NCBI GenBank assembly: GCA_030141605.1 | Contig: JAQGDQ010000143.1 | Location: forward strand, 62,001-126,000 | Direction: 5' to 3' | Source of the DNA: Tubiluchus corallicola | Lineage: Eukaryota > Animalia > Priapulida | DNA length: 64,000 bases | Shown: in pieces, positions 13,579 to 27,106 of the stretch | Layout of the letters: the number at the start of each line of letters is the position of its first letter | How positions within the stretch are numbered: the stretch's first letter is position 1 | Made by a program: the position numbers and the translations under genes | Notes under the pieces: generated by a model | Told to the model about the DNA's origin: nothing | Databases searched by the model: none | The model's input: only the letters and a program-made list of their open reading frames with translations

Positions 13579-13722
13579 GAAAAAGCTGGGGTAAAGATGG
13601 TTATGATTCAAGATGGACCAGCTGCAAATGCTCCAGAGAAACCTCTTCGCATTACTGGCGACCCCATGAAAGTTCAGCGAGCACATGATATGGTTATGGA
13701 CCTTTTAGCCTCCAAGGACATG
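13579..13722 (+). CDS. FUBP1: FUBP/KHSRP/PSI-like exon, second half of KH2 (5' part of the gene lies outside the window)
   Basis: ttttag|EKAGVKMVMIQDGPAANAPEKPLRITGDPMKVQRAHDMVMDLL...|gtatga, close to FUBP1 ERAGVKMVMIQDG...KPLRITGDP. Confidence 0.92.
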
Positions 13723-14413
13723 GTATGAACTGTTCTGATTAACTTGTCAAGTGTTTTGCAACTGAGTTTAACATTCTTTAGCTTTTACAATTTTTTATCT
13801 TCAGTTTGACGGGAGTACAGTGTTGCAGTTTTTTAGACAATTTTTTTTGCTTTATTTTGTGTCACTGGACCTAGAGTGTTCTTGAATGGGTTCACTGATT
13901 CTAGATTAAAAAGATAATTCTTTTTTCTGCTTAGGGAAAGCTAATTTAAGCCTATCGTAAAGGTCACAAATGACTGTAGTTTACTTTATTTCCAAGAGAA
14001 ACACTCCAGAAATAGCCTGTTTCCTTCCTACAATTTTTCCTACATTTTGTTGTATCAAAATTGTGGTATTTCTACGTGTGGAAAAGCTCTTTTTGAAGAG
14101 AGAGAAAATCACAGAAATATGTATAAACTGGTCATATGACTACCTGAGAGTGTATGCAAAGTTTGCTTGCCTCGTAATTATTGTAATTCATGTACTTCAG
14201 TGTTTTGAATCAAAGGATTTGTTCTATTTTTATATTGTACAAGTCTTAAAATAAGTCATTGCACTTCCTCTAAAATAACTGAAAAAAGATTTTATAAGAA
14301 GCAAAATTTTTTTATGGGTTTCTCGTTTATGGTATGTTCAGGCATCTTGTATTATCTTGTACTAAAGTTTATACTTGTTTACTTGAAAATTAAAGGTTTC
14401 CCCTGTTATGCAG

Positions 14414-14573
14414 GGAAGGGATAATTTTGGAGGAGGTGAGTATGGCGGTGGAGGGCCAGGACGTAAAGAGGTCACTGTTCCTCAGTTTGCTGTTGGTGTT
14501 GTTATTGGAAAAGGTGGTGAAATGATAAAGAAGATACAGAGCGAAAGTGGATGTCGGTTACAGTTTAAACAAG
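14414..14573 (+). CDS. FUBP1: FUBP-like exon, first half of KH3
   Basis: EVTVPQFAVGVVIGKGGEMIKKIQSESGCRLQFKQ with the KH GxxG loop; AG/GT boundaries. An alternative in-frame acceptor is possible at 14396. Confidence 0.92.
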
Positions 14574-15089
14574 GTAATCTGGATGTAGAGCAAAACATAT
14601 TGACTAGATTTATGTACAAATTATTACCTCATTTGCTGTACAAAGGCATATAGTTATGTCTAATGCTTAATGCACATGCCTAATGCTGATTTGACATTTG
14701 GCTGCACTAGAAAAAACAACAAACAAACTGCTTTGTGAAACAGAAACGAGTGTTTTGGCTTCCGTATGCCTTAGCTATTTCTTGATACACCCAAACAGGG
14801 ATCAAAAATGAATTGCATGATACAGTTAAAATTGTCCTAATTGTGTTTTATTTAGTTTTATAATAAGACATTTTTATTTCTCTATTTTGGGGGAGGTACC
14901 ATCTGTGTGCATTTTGAGTTGTAAAAAACACAAAACGGCTACAAAACAATTCGATACAAAACTGTCTGGCGTTTCTTATTTTTTATCCTCCTCGTCTGCT
15001 TGGCTTTAGTAACCATTCTTTCCCTTGTATTTTTTGTCAAGTTTTTAAGTTTACATGCATTAGATAATAGTTACTTTCCATTTAATAAG

Positions 15090-15196
15090 ATGATGGTACA
15101 TTAATGAATGGAGAAAGAATATGCATGCTAATGGGAAATCCCGAAAGTATCAATGAGGCCTCGCGGATGCTGCACGAGATTATTCAAGGCGCGTCG
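15090..15196 (+). CDS. FUBP1: FUBP-like exon, second half of KH3
   Basis: DDGTLMNGERICMLMGNPESINEASRMLHEII; phases 1/0 fit the neighbouring exons. Confidence 0.88.
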
Positions 15197-15655
15197 GTAT
15201 GTACCATACACAATATTCCGAATAGAGTGTTAGATTTTGTCTGAGCTGTTAACTTATAATACAAAAGTCATCAAGTTTATTGATTTTACGTTGAATCTTT
15301 TTGGCTGTTTCATCAGTTTTTCATTCTCTAACTTGCCTTTTTCACTTATAAATAAAGGTGGCAGCAGACACTTTTTTTGTGCAATACCAAATGAAATGGC
15401 TGTAGTTTTCTGCAACTTTATATTCTGTCAGTATTGGCAGATCAGATTTTATTAGGGTGGAGTATTGTCTTATAGAGTCGATAAATTCAGTTTTGAGCAA
15501 TTCGATTTTTCTTTATACTTTAAAAATATTTTACCTAAGTTTTCATCAGCTGCTTTCGTGTTTAATAGAGAAAGTTTTATTGTATTTTAATATGTTTGTT
15601 GCATAGTGCTTGCAATTTGATAGTGCTATAACTGATCAGTTGGTTCTATATGTAG

Positions 15656-15821
15656 GACAGACAAGGAGGACCTGGTGGCCGTGGAGGTCCCGGTCGTGGA
15701 AGAGGACGGGGCTGGGGACAAGGACCTCCAGGAGGTTTTGGCGGCAATTTTGGTGAAGGTTTCCAGGATCAAATTACTTATTCAATACCAGCTAATAAAT
15801 GTGGTCTTGTTATTGGAAAAG
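15656..15821 (+). CDS. FUBP1: FUBP-like exon, RGG linker and start of KH4
   Basis: GGRGGPGRGRGRGWG...YSIPANKCGLVIGK|gttag. Confidence 0.92.
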
Positions 15822-16098
15822 GTTAGATCTGTTCTTTTGCTAGAAGCATAGTTTTGTGTGCATATGAGTAAGTATTTATCATTCCAATAGCAATTTCTCA
15901 TCAGAGCTATTTCAAGGATTTGTAACTTGTAGTAATTTCGTACATTTTCCAGTTAGGCTTTTATGCATGCTTCATTATACTTTTTAGTGTAAGCTGCTGT
16001 TTTAACTGATTGGTCGCTTTCTGTTAGTCACGCTTTTATAGTCCGATAGTGAATAATATCTATAGCAGATATTCAGTTTGCACTACAACAATTTACAG

Positions 16099-16446
16099 GA
16101 GGTGAAACAATACGTACAATCAACCAGACATCTGGTGCTCATGTAGAACTAGATCGACGTCCGCCACCAAATCCTAATGAGAAGGTATTTATCATAAGAG
16201 GTAATCCTGAAGAAATCCATCATGCGCAGACATTAATAGCGGAAAAATGCGGAATCCCTCCACCTGCTGGTCCTCCTGGTGGAGGTGGACCTGGCAGACC
16301 CGGTGGCTATGGTGACCACGGTGGACCACCCCAACATCAACAGCCGGGAATGCAGCAAGGGTTTGCTCCTCAAGGATGGGGTAGTGGATATCCAATGCCA
16401 GCGGCATCACAGTCTCAATGGGGACAACAACCGAACGATCAGACGA
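16099..16446 (+). CDS. FUBP1: FUBP-like exon, rest of KH4 and Gly/Pro-rich region
   Basis: GGETIRTINQTSGAHVELDRRPPPNPNEKVFIIRGNPEEIHHAQTLIAEK...|gtaag. Confidence 0.92.
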
Positions 16447-16631
16447 GTAAGCACCTTTGCTTTACTTATGTATTTATACTTCTACAATTAGTTGCCTTCA
16501 CTATCTTTTGTGTGAGAACTTTTCAGATAAATGGGCAGACAACGAGCTAACGTAACACAGTTCCGCCTCCGTTTTAGTGACCAGACCAGAGCAACCGGAA
16601 CTAACGTGCCTGTATTCTGCTTTATTTTCAG

Positions 16632-16700
16632 CTCATGATCCGAATGCTCAAGCTTGGGCAGCATACTATCAGAACTACGGACAGCAGAACCATGCATCCG
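16632..16700 (+). CDS. FUBP1: FUBP-like exon, Tyr-rich motif 1
   Basis: HDPNAQAWAAYYQNY, compare FUBP1 DPNSAAWAAYY; phase 1/1. Confidence 0.88.
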
Positions 16701-18610
16701 GTATGGAATATTCACATCTTTTCCGTTCCTTTCCTGTCATACCTGGATAATTAGCAAATTAATTAATATAGATGGGAAGTTGTTAATGATACATGGTTAG
16801 TGAGAAAAGTATTGTTAACAACTTTATAATCCATTTATACCAATTAGTTAATTAGCTAATTCCTTCACTAGCATATGTATATTGATATGCATTGTTATTT
16901 CTTTCTGTGGCGGCAGTAAATGCTTAAGCATAATTGGACCAGCGAGAACGATGTTTTTCATAAAGCGGCTAAGAATGGAGGGGGTCGATCTTCGATAAAT
17001 TAATGGTGTCTTACTTGGTAGAGCACTAACTTTAAAAGCAAGAGTCTTCTGGTTCAATCCAGACTGGTAACAAACTTTCACTTTCTTATTTTGCAAGTTA
17101 GGAGTTAGGAGTTAAGAGGTGAAACAAAGTAATATTATCGTTAATGTGCCTCGATAAATCACCAATTTTCATAACCAGCTCTAGATGACTAGAACTAGTT
17201 TACTGTTTGTCTCTTAGTTGGCTAAACTTTCTTAGAACTTATTTTTTAGGAATGTAAACTAAGTCTGCGAGAATGTTAGGAAACATGTTTAAAAAGCAAA
17301 GAAATTGAAATTGTAAATGTAAAGCAATGGGAAAAAGTTTCGAAGTAAAAAAGATCGAAAAATTAATTTGAAACCAATTGTGTTAAGTTTTTATTTCAAA
17401 TACGTATATAATTCATATACCAAATGCATTGCACAAGAGGGAATGTTATGTCAAAAAAGAATGAATCGCTATTTTGTGGAATCTCGGAACAAATTCTAAT
17501 GTAATGCATGTTGCAAAATTGTAAATTGGATCAACTCAAATATGACAAAAATTTTTGTTCACTGTTTTGTGCATGAAATTATTATAGTTACAAATTTTGA
17601 CTAATACATTTATATTTTGCAAGTTAGTCTTTTTTACAATTTTGTAAATTTATATGTTGAATTAAATTACTGTTTTACCAATATAGTGTTTGCTAATTTT
17701 GCACACAGTATGGTAGAGTTTAGCACTTGCATTTGTGGAGCATTCGCTGTTCTTTGTATTTTGTGTTTGTTTAACACTGGTCAATTGTCATTAGCATCAG
17801 TGGTCACTTAGTAACCATCACAATAACAGTTTCTTACAGCCAGCACAAAATTTGTACTTTGCAATATCTGATTGCTGTGTCAAAGTATCTTGTTGTTAAC
17901 TTATGCTATTGTTATTGTTTTGTTCAGAAACGTATATGTTATTTTAGTCTTAATTATTGTCACTGTGAACTTTAAAATGTGTTGAGACCCTATAATAAGG
18001 CATTAACATGTAATGGTATTGTACTTTGTCATGTAAAATTTAATAAAAACTATTTGTAAAATTGCTTCAAATGATGTGCTGAAAATAGAATAAAAACGGC
18101 TGTAAAATACACCATTTTGGAACTCTAAATTAGATGAGACATTGATTTTATGCAAAAATGGTACAATGGCTTGCATAGCAGCAATAAGTGTTAGGAGTGC
18201 TGTTTTGCATAAATTGTTTCTAGATGAGTTATATTAAAAACTTCCAATTTGTTTTCTCTTTGAAGTTGAGGCTTGCAATGTGCCATATGTAGTATTTCAG
18301 TTTCACCTGTTTTTTCTGTTGAAATGAATTTTTTATCTTGTAATAAATGTATATTCATTTTCTTATTTTTGACATTTACCATAAGATGGATAGTGCATTT
18401 TAAAGTCATTTACAGTTACGTAGAATGTTCAAGAAAATTTTGAAATTCTCTCCTAAGGTCTTGTGTACCATGGCTTTTTGATTACCAACAAGACTAGCAT
18501 CTTTTTAAACCCAGCATTATTCAGAAGATCTTTGGTTCAATTCCTGTTTGGAAATTAATTATTATTGTTATTTGATCTATAATAATTTTATATATCTGAG
18601 AGATATAAAA

Positions 18611-18643
<33 letters not shown>

Positions 18644-19671
18644 TACCGTACCAGCCACCTGTTATTGTGATTGTATACTTTAATGTTATTATACAAGATA
18701 CTTTGTGCTCTGCTAGCACTGTTCCTACTCCTGCATTAAAGCGAGTTTTCCGTTCCGTTTTTATTTCTTCCCTTGTCTTGTTCTAAGAAAAATTTACAAG
18801 CTTTAACTCGGCCTTCTGTTTCATAATCTTGGTCATAACATGGCGTTGCTTCCTTAATTTCAGGATTTCAGCTTGTGTGCTGCTTATTTTCATATACTAT
18901 ATCACTTTTTCAGGTTGTCAGCATAATAATTTGTCAAAAATTCTCTGAGTTTTTTTGTAGAATTTTCCATGTCTGCTTTTCTTAGCTTATAGAAGCAGAT
19001 ACAAGATAAAATTTCTTGTATAACTAAGAAATTTTGAGTCTAGCTTTTTTCTTAATAATACCTGTGCAAAAGGATTTTTACTTGCAGTTGGTTACCCTTC
19101 ACAAAATGTTTTCGCTTGTACAATGATGTATATTACTCTATCATTTAACTTCCGTTAAGCAGTAGTACTGTTTGTATAAATACTATATATATTTTTATTA
19201 GTTGTCCAATATATTGTTATCAGATGTTACGACTGAAATGTAATATGTATTATTGAATCTTCTTATTTCATAATTTTGTGAAAATCTAGATTATAATAAT
19301 GCCAACGATGCAATAAAGATGGTTATGAAATAGAATTGTTTGGATTTTTTGGCTGTCCTAGCAAACCTCCCCCCCCCCAACTGAGCAAACTGAGTACATA
19401 CAAGAAAACAGATTAGATGTAAGTTAGAAATTAAACAAAACCGTACAGTAATTTCCAAACTAATTGTAAACCAAATAACAATGGAGATGTACAGTGATTT
19501 GCAAAAGTTTCCATGTCCATGTTCACAGGTTTTAATGTGCTGGTTGGATAGCCAATATATTCAAACTAAATTTCAAATCCATATTTACTGAATCTTTGGC
19601 ATCTTTGATTCTTTTAAAAAGAGTCTATTTGGGAAAATGTTTACATTTGATAAGAGAACTTTGTGTTGCAG

Positions 19672-19761
19672 ATGCAAGTTTAAATGCACAACCGACAATG
19701 ACACCGCAAGGTCAACCTGATTATAGCGCTGCGTGGGCAGAGTATTTCAAGAAACAACAAG
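19672..19761 (+). CDS. FUBP1: FUBP-like exon, Tyr-rich motif 2 (GC donor)
   Basis: GQPDYSAAWAEYFKKQQ; ttgcag acceptor, AAG|GCAAGT donor. Confidence 0.82.
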
Positions 19762-20627
19762 GCAAGTGTTTGGCATTGATTTTTATGTTACTGTCTTGTT
19801 GTCACTATGACTTTAGCGATAGTTTTCGCAGTCCCTATAAAAATCATAGCTAACAGCAATTCTTGTTTGTTTCTTGAACAGACAAATTTTACATCCAGCA
19901 ATGAATTAATTTTTTCTGGTATCATAAATTTCATTTTCTTATCTAAAACACAAATTGGTTGCATAATTAGAAAATGTTGTACAAAAGTTTGCAAGTACAT
20001 TTAGTTTTTAAATGGCAACTAAGTTTCTAGTTCAGCCAATCTTGCAGCTTTTACAAGATGTCTTATAAACAAATTTATCTACAATTATACACACTGTAAT
20101 AAATCACTAGCTAATAAGCTCTTCATTTGTTATTTAATTGAAGGCATTCATTCAGTCACTGGTTATTTTACTCAATCATTTGAAGAAGAAATTTGTTAGT
20201 TTTACCGTACAGTTGCTGAAAATTTTTTTGTCAGTTTTGCCTTCCTATAAATTCCTGAAACAGTGAAGTCATAATAACCATTCTGTGCTGTTGAAACCTA
20301 ACATTAATAGCATACGAAACTTGTACTGAATTGTAAACCAGCTTAACACTAGCATGTGCCTTGTTATAAATACAACCTTGTAATTTTGTGTGAGAAGCAA
20401 GAAATATGTGTGCATAACGATAAGATTAATGTTGTGTGTATACGTTCACAATGATGTTGTACAAACTTGTTGGAACTGAACTTTTTCACTGGAAATAAAC
20501 ATTAATTACTTAAATACGAATTTATACAAATAAACTCGTATCAGTATACAAATCAGTAAATTTTACAGCTGATTTGCTTGTATACGAAAAATCTTGTAGT
20601 TACAAATGAATTTAATAATTATTGTAG

Positions 20628-20723
20628 AAATGGCTGCAGCCTCACAAAGAAATGGACAACCTGATTACAGTGCTGCGTGGGCAGAGTATTTCAAACAACA
20701 GCAGCAGCAGCAACAACAACAAG
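20628..20723 (+). CDS. FUBP1: FUBP-like exon, Tyr-rich motif 3 plus polyQ
   Basis: NGQPDYSAAWAEYFKQQQQQQQQQ; tgtag acceptor, gtatgt donor, phase 1/1. Confidence 0.85.
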
Positions 20724-21019
20724 GTATGTACTGGTATCATGTCATGTTGTATGCTAAGAATTTGCACTAGATATTGGTAGTGCTTAATCACTTTTTCTCT
20801 ATAAATAACGATACCAATGAATTCACAAATATTAATAGAAAATATGGTTAGTACTACAGTTCTATGATGAGATAAGATCTCCTATCTGATTGTAATCGAA
20901 CTCTGTTGTAAAAGAATTACTTTGAGGTGCTTCAACAGAAACAAGCAATAGTAATACGAAGATTATTTCCAACATGTTGAAACTTATGAAACGTAATCAG
21001 TTTAGCTGTTTCACTTTTC

Positions 21020-22825
21020 TAGTCACGTTTTATGACAATTTTAGTAATCCTATAAGATATTACTGCAAAAAGACAAGTTGTCATCACTATGCTTCAATGG
21101 GTTTCAAAGATTAACTGGAATTCAACATGGCCCTAGTACAGTCTAGTATAGTCAAGTTTAATGACAATTTTAGTAATCCCATAAGATATTACTGCAAAAA
21201 GACAAGTTGTCATCACTATGCTTCAATGGGTTTCAAAGATTAACTGGAATTCAACATGGCTCCTAGTGCAGTCTAGTATAGTTATGTTTTATGACAGTTT
21301 TAGTAATCCTATAAGATATTACTGCAAAAAGACAAGTTGTCATCACTATGTTTCAATGGGTTTCAAAGATTAACTGGAATTCAACATGGCTCCTAGTGCA
21401 GTCTAGTATAGTCATGTTTTATGACAATTTTAGTAATCCTATAAGATATTACTGCAAAAAGACAAGTTGTCATCACTATGCTTCAATGGGTTTCAAAGAT
21501 TAACTGGAATTCAACATGGCTCCTAGTGCAGTCTAGTATAGTCAAGTTTTATGACAATTTTAGTAATCCCATAAGATATTACTGCAAAAAGACAAGTTGT
21601 CATCACTATGCTTCAATGGGTTTCAAAGATTAACTGGAATTCAACATGGCTCCTAGTGCAGTCTAGCATAGTCATGTTTTATGACAATTTTAGTAATCCT
21701 ATAAGATATTACTGCAAAAAGACAAGTTGTCATCACTATGTTTCAATGGGTTTCAAAGATTAATTTGAATTCAACATGGCCCTAGTGCAGTCTAGTATAG
21801 TTAAGTTTTATGACAATTTTAATAATCCCATAAGATATTACTGCAAAAAGACACGTTGTCATCACTATGCTTCAATGGGTTTCAAAGATTAACTGGAATT
21901 CAACATGGCCCTAGTGCAGTCTAGTATAGTCAAGTTTGATGACAATTTTAGTAATCCCATAAGATATTACTGCAAAAAGACAAGTTGTCATCACTATGTT
22001 TCATTGGGTTTCAAAGATTAATTTGAATTCAACATGGCCCTAGTGCAGTCTAGTATAGTTAAGTTTTATGACAATTTTAGTAATCCCATAAGATATTACT
22101 GCAAAAAGACAAGTTGTCATCACTATGTTTCAATGGGTTTCAAAGATTAACTGGAATTCAACATGGCCCTAGTGCAGTCTAGTATAGTCAAGTTTGATGA
22201 CAATTTTAGTAATCCCATAAGATATTACTGCAAAAAGACAAGTTGTCATCACTATGTTTCAATGGGTTTCAAAGATTAACTGGAATTCAACATGGCCCTA
22301 GTGCAGTCTAGTATAGTCAAGTTTGATGACAATTTTAGTAATCCCATAAGATATTACTGCAAAAAGACAAGTTGTCATCACTATGTTTCAATGGGTTTCA
22401 AAGATTAACTGGAATTCAACATGGCCCTAGTGCAGTCTAGTATAGTCAAGTTTGATGACAATTTTAGTAATCCCATAAGATATTACTGCAAAAAGACAAG
22501 TTGTCATCACTATGTTTCAATGGGTTTCAAAGATTAACTGGAATTCAACATGGCTCCTAGTGCAGTCTAGTATAGTCAAGTTTTATGACAATTTTAGTAA
22601 TCCCATAAGATATTACTGCAAAAAGACAAGTTGTCATCACTATGCTTCAATGGGTTTCAAAGATTAACTGGATTTTAACCTGGCTCCCTAGTGCAGTCTA
22701 ATATAATCAAGTTTTACGACAATTTTAGTAATCCCATAAGGTATTACTACAAAAAGACAAGTTGTCATCACTATGCTTCATTGGGTTTCAGAGATTAACT
22801 GGAATTCAACATGGTCCCTAGTGCC
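21020..22825. repeat. Intronic tandem repeat, ~129-130-bp unit, 14 copies
   Basis: The GACAAGTTGTCATCACTATG core recurs at ~21072, 21201, 21331 ... 22756; units are nearly identical. Confidence 0.97.
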
Positions 22826-23143
22826 GTGCTGCTCAAGAACAACAAACAAAATTGTGGCTGGGGGAGCATGTGGAGGGTTCAGTTTAACCCTGAAAAAATT
22901 TTGAAGACTGTTAGCAGCTAATGGCTGTTGTGGAGTTACATTATTGAATAACTTTCACCTGTGTTCAATTTATTTCCATCTTTATGATAGATTGTTTTAT
23001 TAATCTATTACTAATTGTTTTTAAAATCTGCTTGCGCAATCTAATCTTGCATACTATTGTATACATCATGTCGATTTTGGAAAAGTGGGAAAAGTGGAAG
23101 CTCAGAAACACTGCCAAAGATGATGATTCAAATTTTTTAACAG

Positions 23144-23277
23144 GTGGCCAAGCAGCCACTCAAGCATCAGTTCAACAGCAAGCTCAGCCAACTAGCCAAG
23201 CTCAGCCAGACTACAGTGCCCAGTGGGCAGAATGGTATAGGCAACAGGGCTTGTATTATGGACAAGCTCAAGGCCAG
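23144..23277 (+). CDS. FUBP1: FUBP-like exon, Tyr-rich motif 4
   Basis: AQPDYSAQWAEWYRQQGLYYGQ, compare FUBP1 GQPDYSAAWAEYYRQQAAYY. Confidence 0.88.
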
Positions 23278-23555
23278 GTATGTTGTTGACTTTGAGACTG
23301 GTTTTTGAACAAATTGTGCTGATTATATTTTATAAACATTTACATTTGTGATATGTTTTTGTTAGCATTTCATTTAGGATGAAAATGACCGTGAATCAAT
23401 AATTACTGAATTTATGCATCCACCATAATTTTGTATTATGGTAGAAATGCTGATTTGGGGATATTTAATTCACATTTCTGTCTGGCTAAGGCAGCCTGCA
23501 AATCAAACGACAATTTTATTTCAGTGAGTGTAGAACAGATCATTTTTATAATCAG

Positions 23556-23576
23556 GCACAGGTTGCACCACAGTAG
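23556..23576 (+). CDS. FUBP1: FUBP-like probable terminal coding exon (AQVAPQ*)
   Basis: tttttataatcag|GCA CAG GTT GCA CCA CAG TAG, followed by long U-rich sequence with AATAAA at ~24309, 24358, 24979 and 26908. Confidence 0.6.
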   Translation, partial: AQVAPQ

Positions 23577-26500
23577 CTGTTGAGGATGATGTTCCATTTG
23601 ATGTTGGTTGGAGCTTCCCGTTGTCAATCGTCCGATGCATTTATAAAAGTGGTCATCTCATTTACGAATGTGTCGTTCTCGCTGTGCAGCGTGTTTGGAA
23701 TGAAATCTACTTCTTGCGTGTCCCTGCGTGTTAGTCGTCATGGCCATTTTTATAGATTAACCAGGTGGTATAACACATTGTATACTAACAAGCTTAAATT
23801 TAGTGTTAATTTGCATGTTTTGTGGAGATAGTGGTATAATTGTTAGTGAGGCACTACGTGTTTATCAGTTTAAAGGATGTGTGCGTACAATGAGTGTATC
23901 ATGCAACAGTCACATCACATTCACTCTTATTATTATTATTATTACTACACAATTATTATTATTATTGTTATTACACATTATCAGTGTCATTACTATACTT
24001 GACCTCCCATGACTGTATTGCTTTTGTAGGAGGTATATCTCAGATTACTTTGTATTTTATTACATTCATAATTGCTTTGTTGTTTTCAAAATGTTTTAGG
24101 CCTTGAACATATTTTATTGTAATAATATTTTGAAAGCTGTGAATTGTCTGTACAGAATTGAACATTGTGCATATTCCATGCTGTTGTACAGTCTTTGATC
24201 AACCATTGCTATGAAATAGGAAATTTAATGAAAAATTGTGTGTTATAATGACTTATGACCATTTCACTTGTGTAAATTTTACTGAGATAATGTATTTGTC
24301 GTGTGCAAAATAAAGTTTATGACATGCCGTATGTTACATGCATTGTTTGATACATTGAATAAAACTGATCTGTATTGTGGTGTAGCAGTGTAATTTGATT
24401 GCCAGTGACTGTAGATTCATTCCATTAGGTTTTATCTATGTTTTATTAGTAAGCATTTTTTGTAGTTGGAATATAACAGTTTTGCATACAGGTGAAGGTG
24501 TGTATCATCTTAGGAGATATCTGCAAACAGCAGTGTTAATTTTCACTGTAGCTAGTTTAATTTATGCTTGCCTAATTTCATTCAATTTAAATATGATTAT
24601 TGCAGATAATGTATTTTATTATGTGACTGTTTATGCCTTGGTTATGAGTAACAATGTTGTTTGACACATATTATCATTATATAGTAGTGCATAGTTTGTG
24701 CGATCAGCTAAGATATTAAATTGAGTATTGTATTAACATTCGTTATTTAAGCCAAGTTCCTATAGATATCCCATAATATTCATGGGGCACTCCTTATTTG
24801 CACTTTGGTATTAAAAGTGATACAGCTATTCTTTGTTCATACGAATTTGTTGTAGTATCGAACCATTTCAAATTTTGTTTTATCATGTATTTTGAGTATG
24901 TTTGTAGTCATGAAAGTTTGTATTAATGATTATGGTTACCCGTTTACTTGTACACTTTATTCTTCTGTAACGTTGTGAAATAAAGTTCATTGCTGACGTG
25001 TCCTACTTATTACCATTGTGATGTGTTTTGCTTTCATATTTTCCAAATTCAACAATATTACCAGCACATTTAATAACTTGTTGATTCTTGATTCGGTGAA
25101 TTGCTAGTTTGAATATCTTGTTGTGTGAATTTGATGCCGCCTTTCAATGCATGACCTTAGTAACATTATCGTTTATGTGGATTTTATTTAATTTGCAGTG
25201 ATCTTCCAGTTTTGACTTGTCTATTTTCATTGATTGATTTATTGATGGATTTGACAATTTGATTATTTGATATATTGAAAATTGCACAGTTTTTGTACTT
25301 GCTATCGTCTTGTGTAATTTAAATTTTCAAACAATATTTTAGCAAAGTACCATTGATGATGATGATATTGCTTCTGAAGTTGTCTTGTTTTGAATTTGAC
25401 TATAGTTTAAGCCGTAGGAAAGAGTTTTTTGATGTACAGTTACCATTTTTATTTGATCTGACTATCTTTACCCTTTTACGAATGGCCTTATTACATATTT
25501 ATGACTCATTTAAATATTTTGTAAATACGAACTAGATCCTGCTGATATTTTGTCTTGACTGGTTGTCATGCACCGTGATTTATTGATGGAAGTTGCTTTT
25601 ATGTTGCTTGGTATATTTGTGTGCTGTTTTTGCTTGTCTTTTCCAATTTGCAGCAGATATTCCTCTAAATGCATGCAGCATTTCCTTTGCTGTGTTTAAG
25701 TATGTACAAGAATTTGCCTAGATAACTGTTTTCTGGTCAGTTAGCTGGTGCATTATTTCATACTTAGGATTCTACTGGCTTAGTAACATTGTTATGATTA
25801 TTACATTTTTGCCATTGCATTGTTGTCGCATTTGCATTGTTTGTCACTTGCTTCTCATCATTTTGATCATACTTGACTCACTGGTACATTATTGACATTG
25901 CCCATCACTTGCAGTGCATATATTATTTTACCTTTAGCAGTTCTTTGACATGAGGATTCCATTGTGATACTGTACAGTAGAGACATTACATTGACATTGT
26001 TTTTAATAATAATTGCATTGTTGTGGCTGACTTGACTGACATTGAATTTCTATTGTTAAATACTGTATTGTCATTGTCATGAGATAGGTGAAGACTTCCG
26101 TATGTTTTTATAGCAGGCATTGCATTTCGTTGCCTCTTCAATGTCATTGCAGATATTTTTTGTGTTTAAACAGCTGAATTTTGCATTGCTGACTGTACTG
26201 TTCACTGTTCATTTTTGAATTTTATTAGCAATCTCAGGAATGTTGTCTTCTGAATAGTATATGAAATGTTCATTGCACTGTGAATGAACGAAACACGTCT
26301 CACATTCTCTAAAACAATGTGGTTTAATCATGATTTATGTAGTGTGCACTTATGCCAGACAGCATTAATAATACAGAAGTGTTCCATTTTGAATTTGGAT
26401 GGTCTATTAGTTTTTTATTTTAAAGTGCATTTTATGTTCGTAATAGAAATTAATTGCACGGGATTCATTGTCTATGCAGTTGTATCTTACTTGCTGAAAA

Positions 26501-27106
26501 ACAAAAAGCAATTTAGCTTGAAATCTAGTCCACTCGAGCATATTTTTAGCTGAGCTATCTGCCGTTAGCTGATTGATTTGTTTTCATAACAATTTTTTGG
26601 CTGATATATTTCTATATCGACGTTCGGTTTTCTTGTCTTCAGTTGAGACTAAATGTTTGTCTGGTTGGTTTTGTGTTTACTCGAATTGACATTTCTTGAA
26701 TCTTTCTGATTTTGATTGTCTTTACCGTAGGTTTCACATCTAGCGTTTGGTCATTCTCATGTTTTCACTTTAGTGCTCTTGCTATTGCAGACATTGATCG
26801 CAGCCAACTGTTTCTTTGGAAACTAATAATTTACCGATCTGCAGTTCATTCAGATTGTTACTTGTGCTGGTTCAAGCATGGATATTATAGCAATACAATG
26901 TTTATTTCAATAAAAGCTTGTGATTCTAAATACTTAATCAATTACATGGAATATAAGGCAAAGGTCAAACAGCTGTGTTTTGATTTGTTCACATAGTGCA
27001 AATTTGCTGCAAACAGCCAGAGATTTATTATTATGGTGACTCATGTAAGTAATTTTTAAGCCCATATTTATCTATTGATCAAAAAACAGATATCCGTTTT
27101 GAAATT

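Noticed and set aside
17000-17072. tRNA-like sequence (TGGTAGAGCA ... GGTTCAATCC); similar pieces near 18530 and 58340
   Set aside because: No complete cloverleaf; more likely decayed tRNA-derived SINE heads than tRNA genes.
21020-22825. CRISPR-like array
   Set aside because: Units are contiguous 130-bp near-identical repeats with no unique spacers, there are no cas genes, and the context is a eukaryotic intron.
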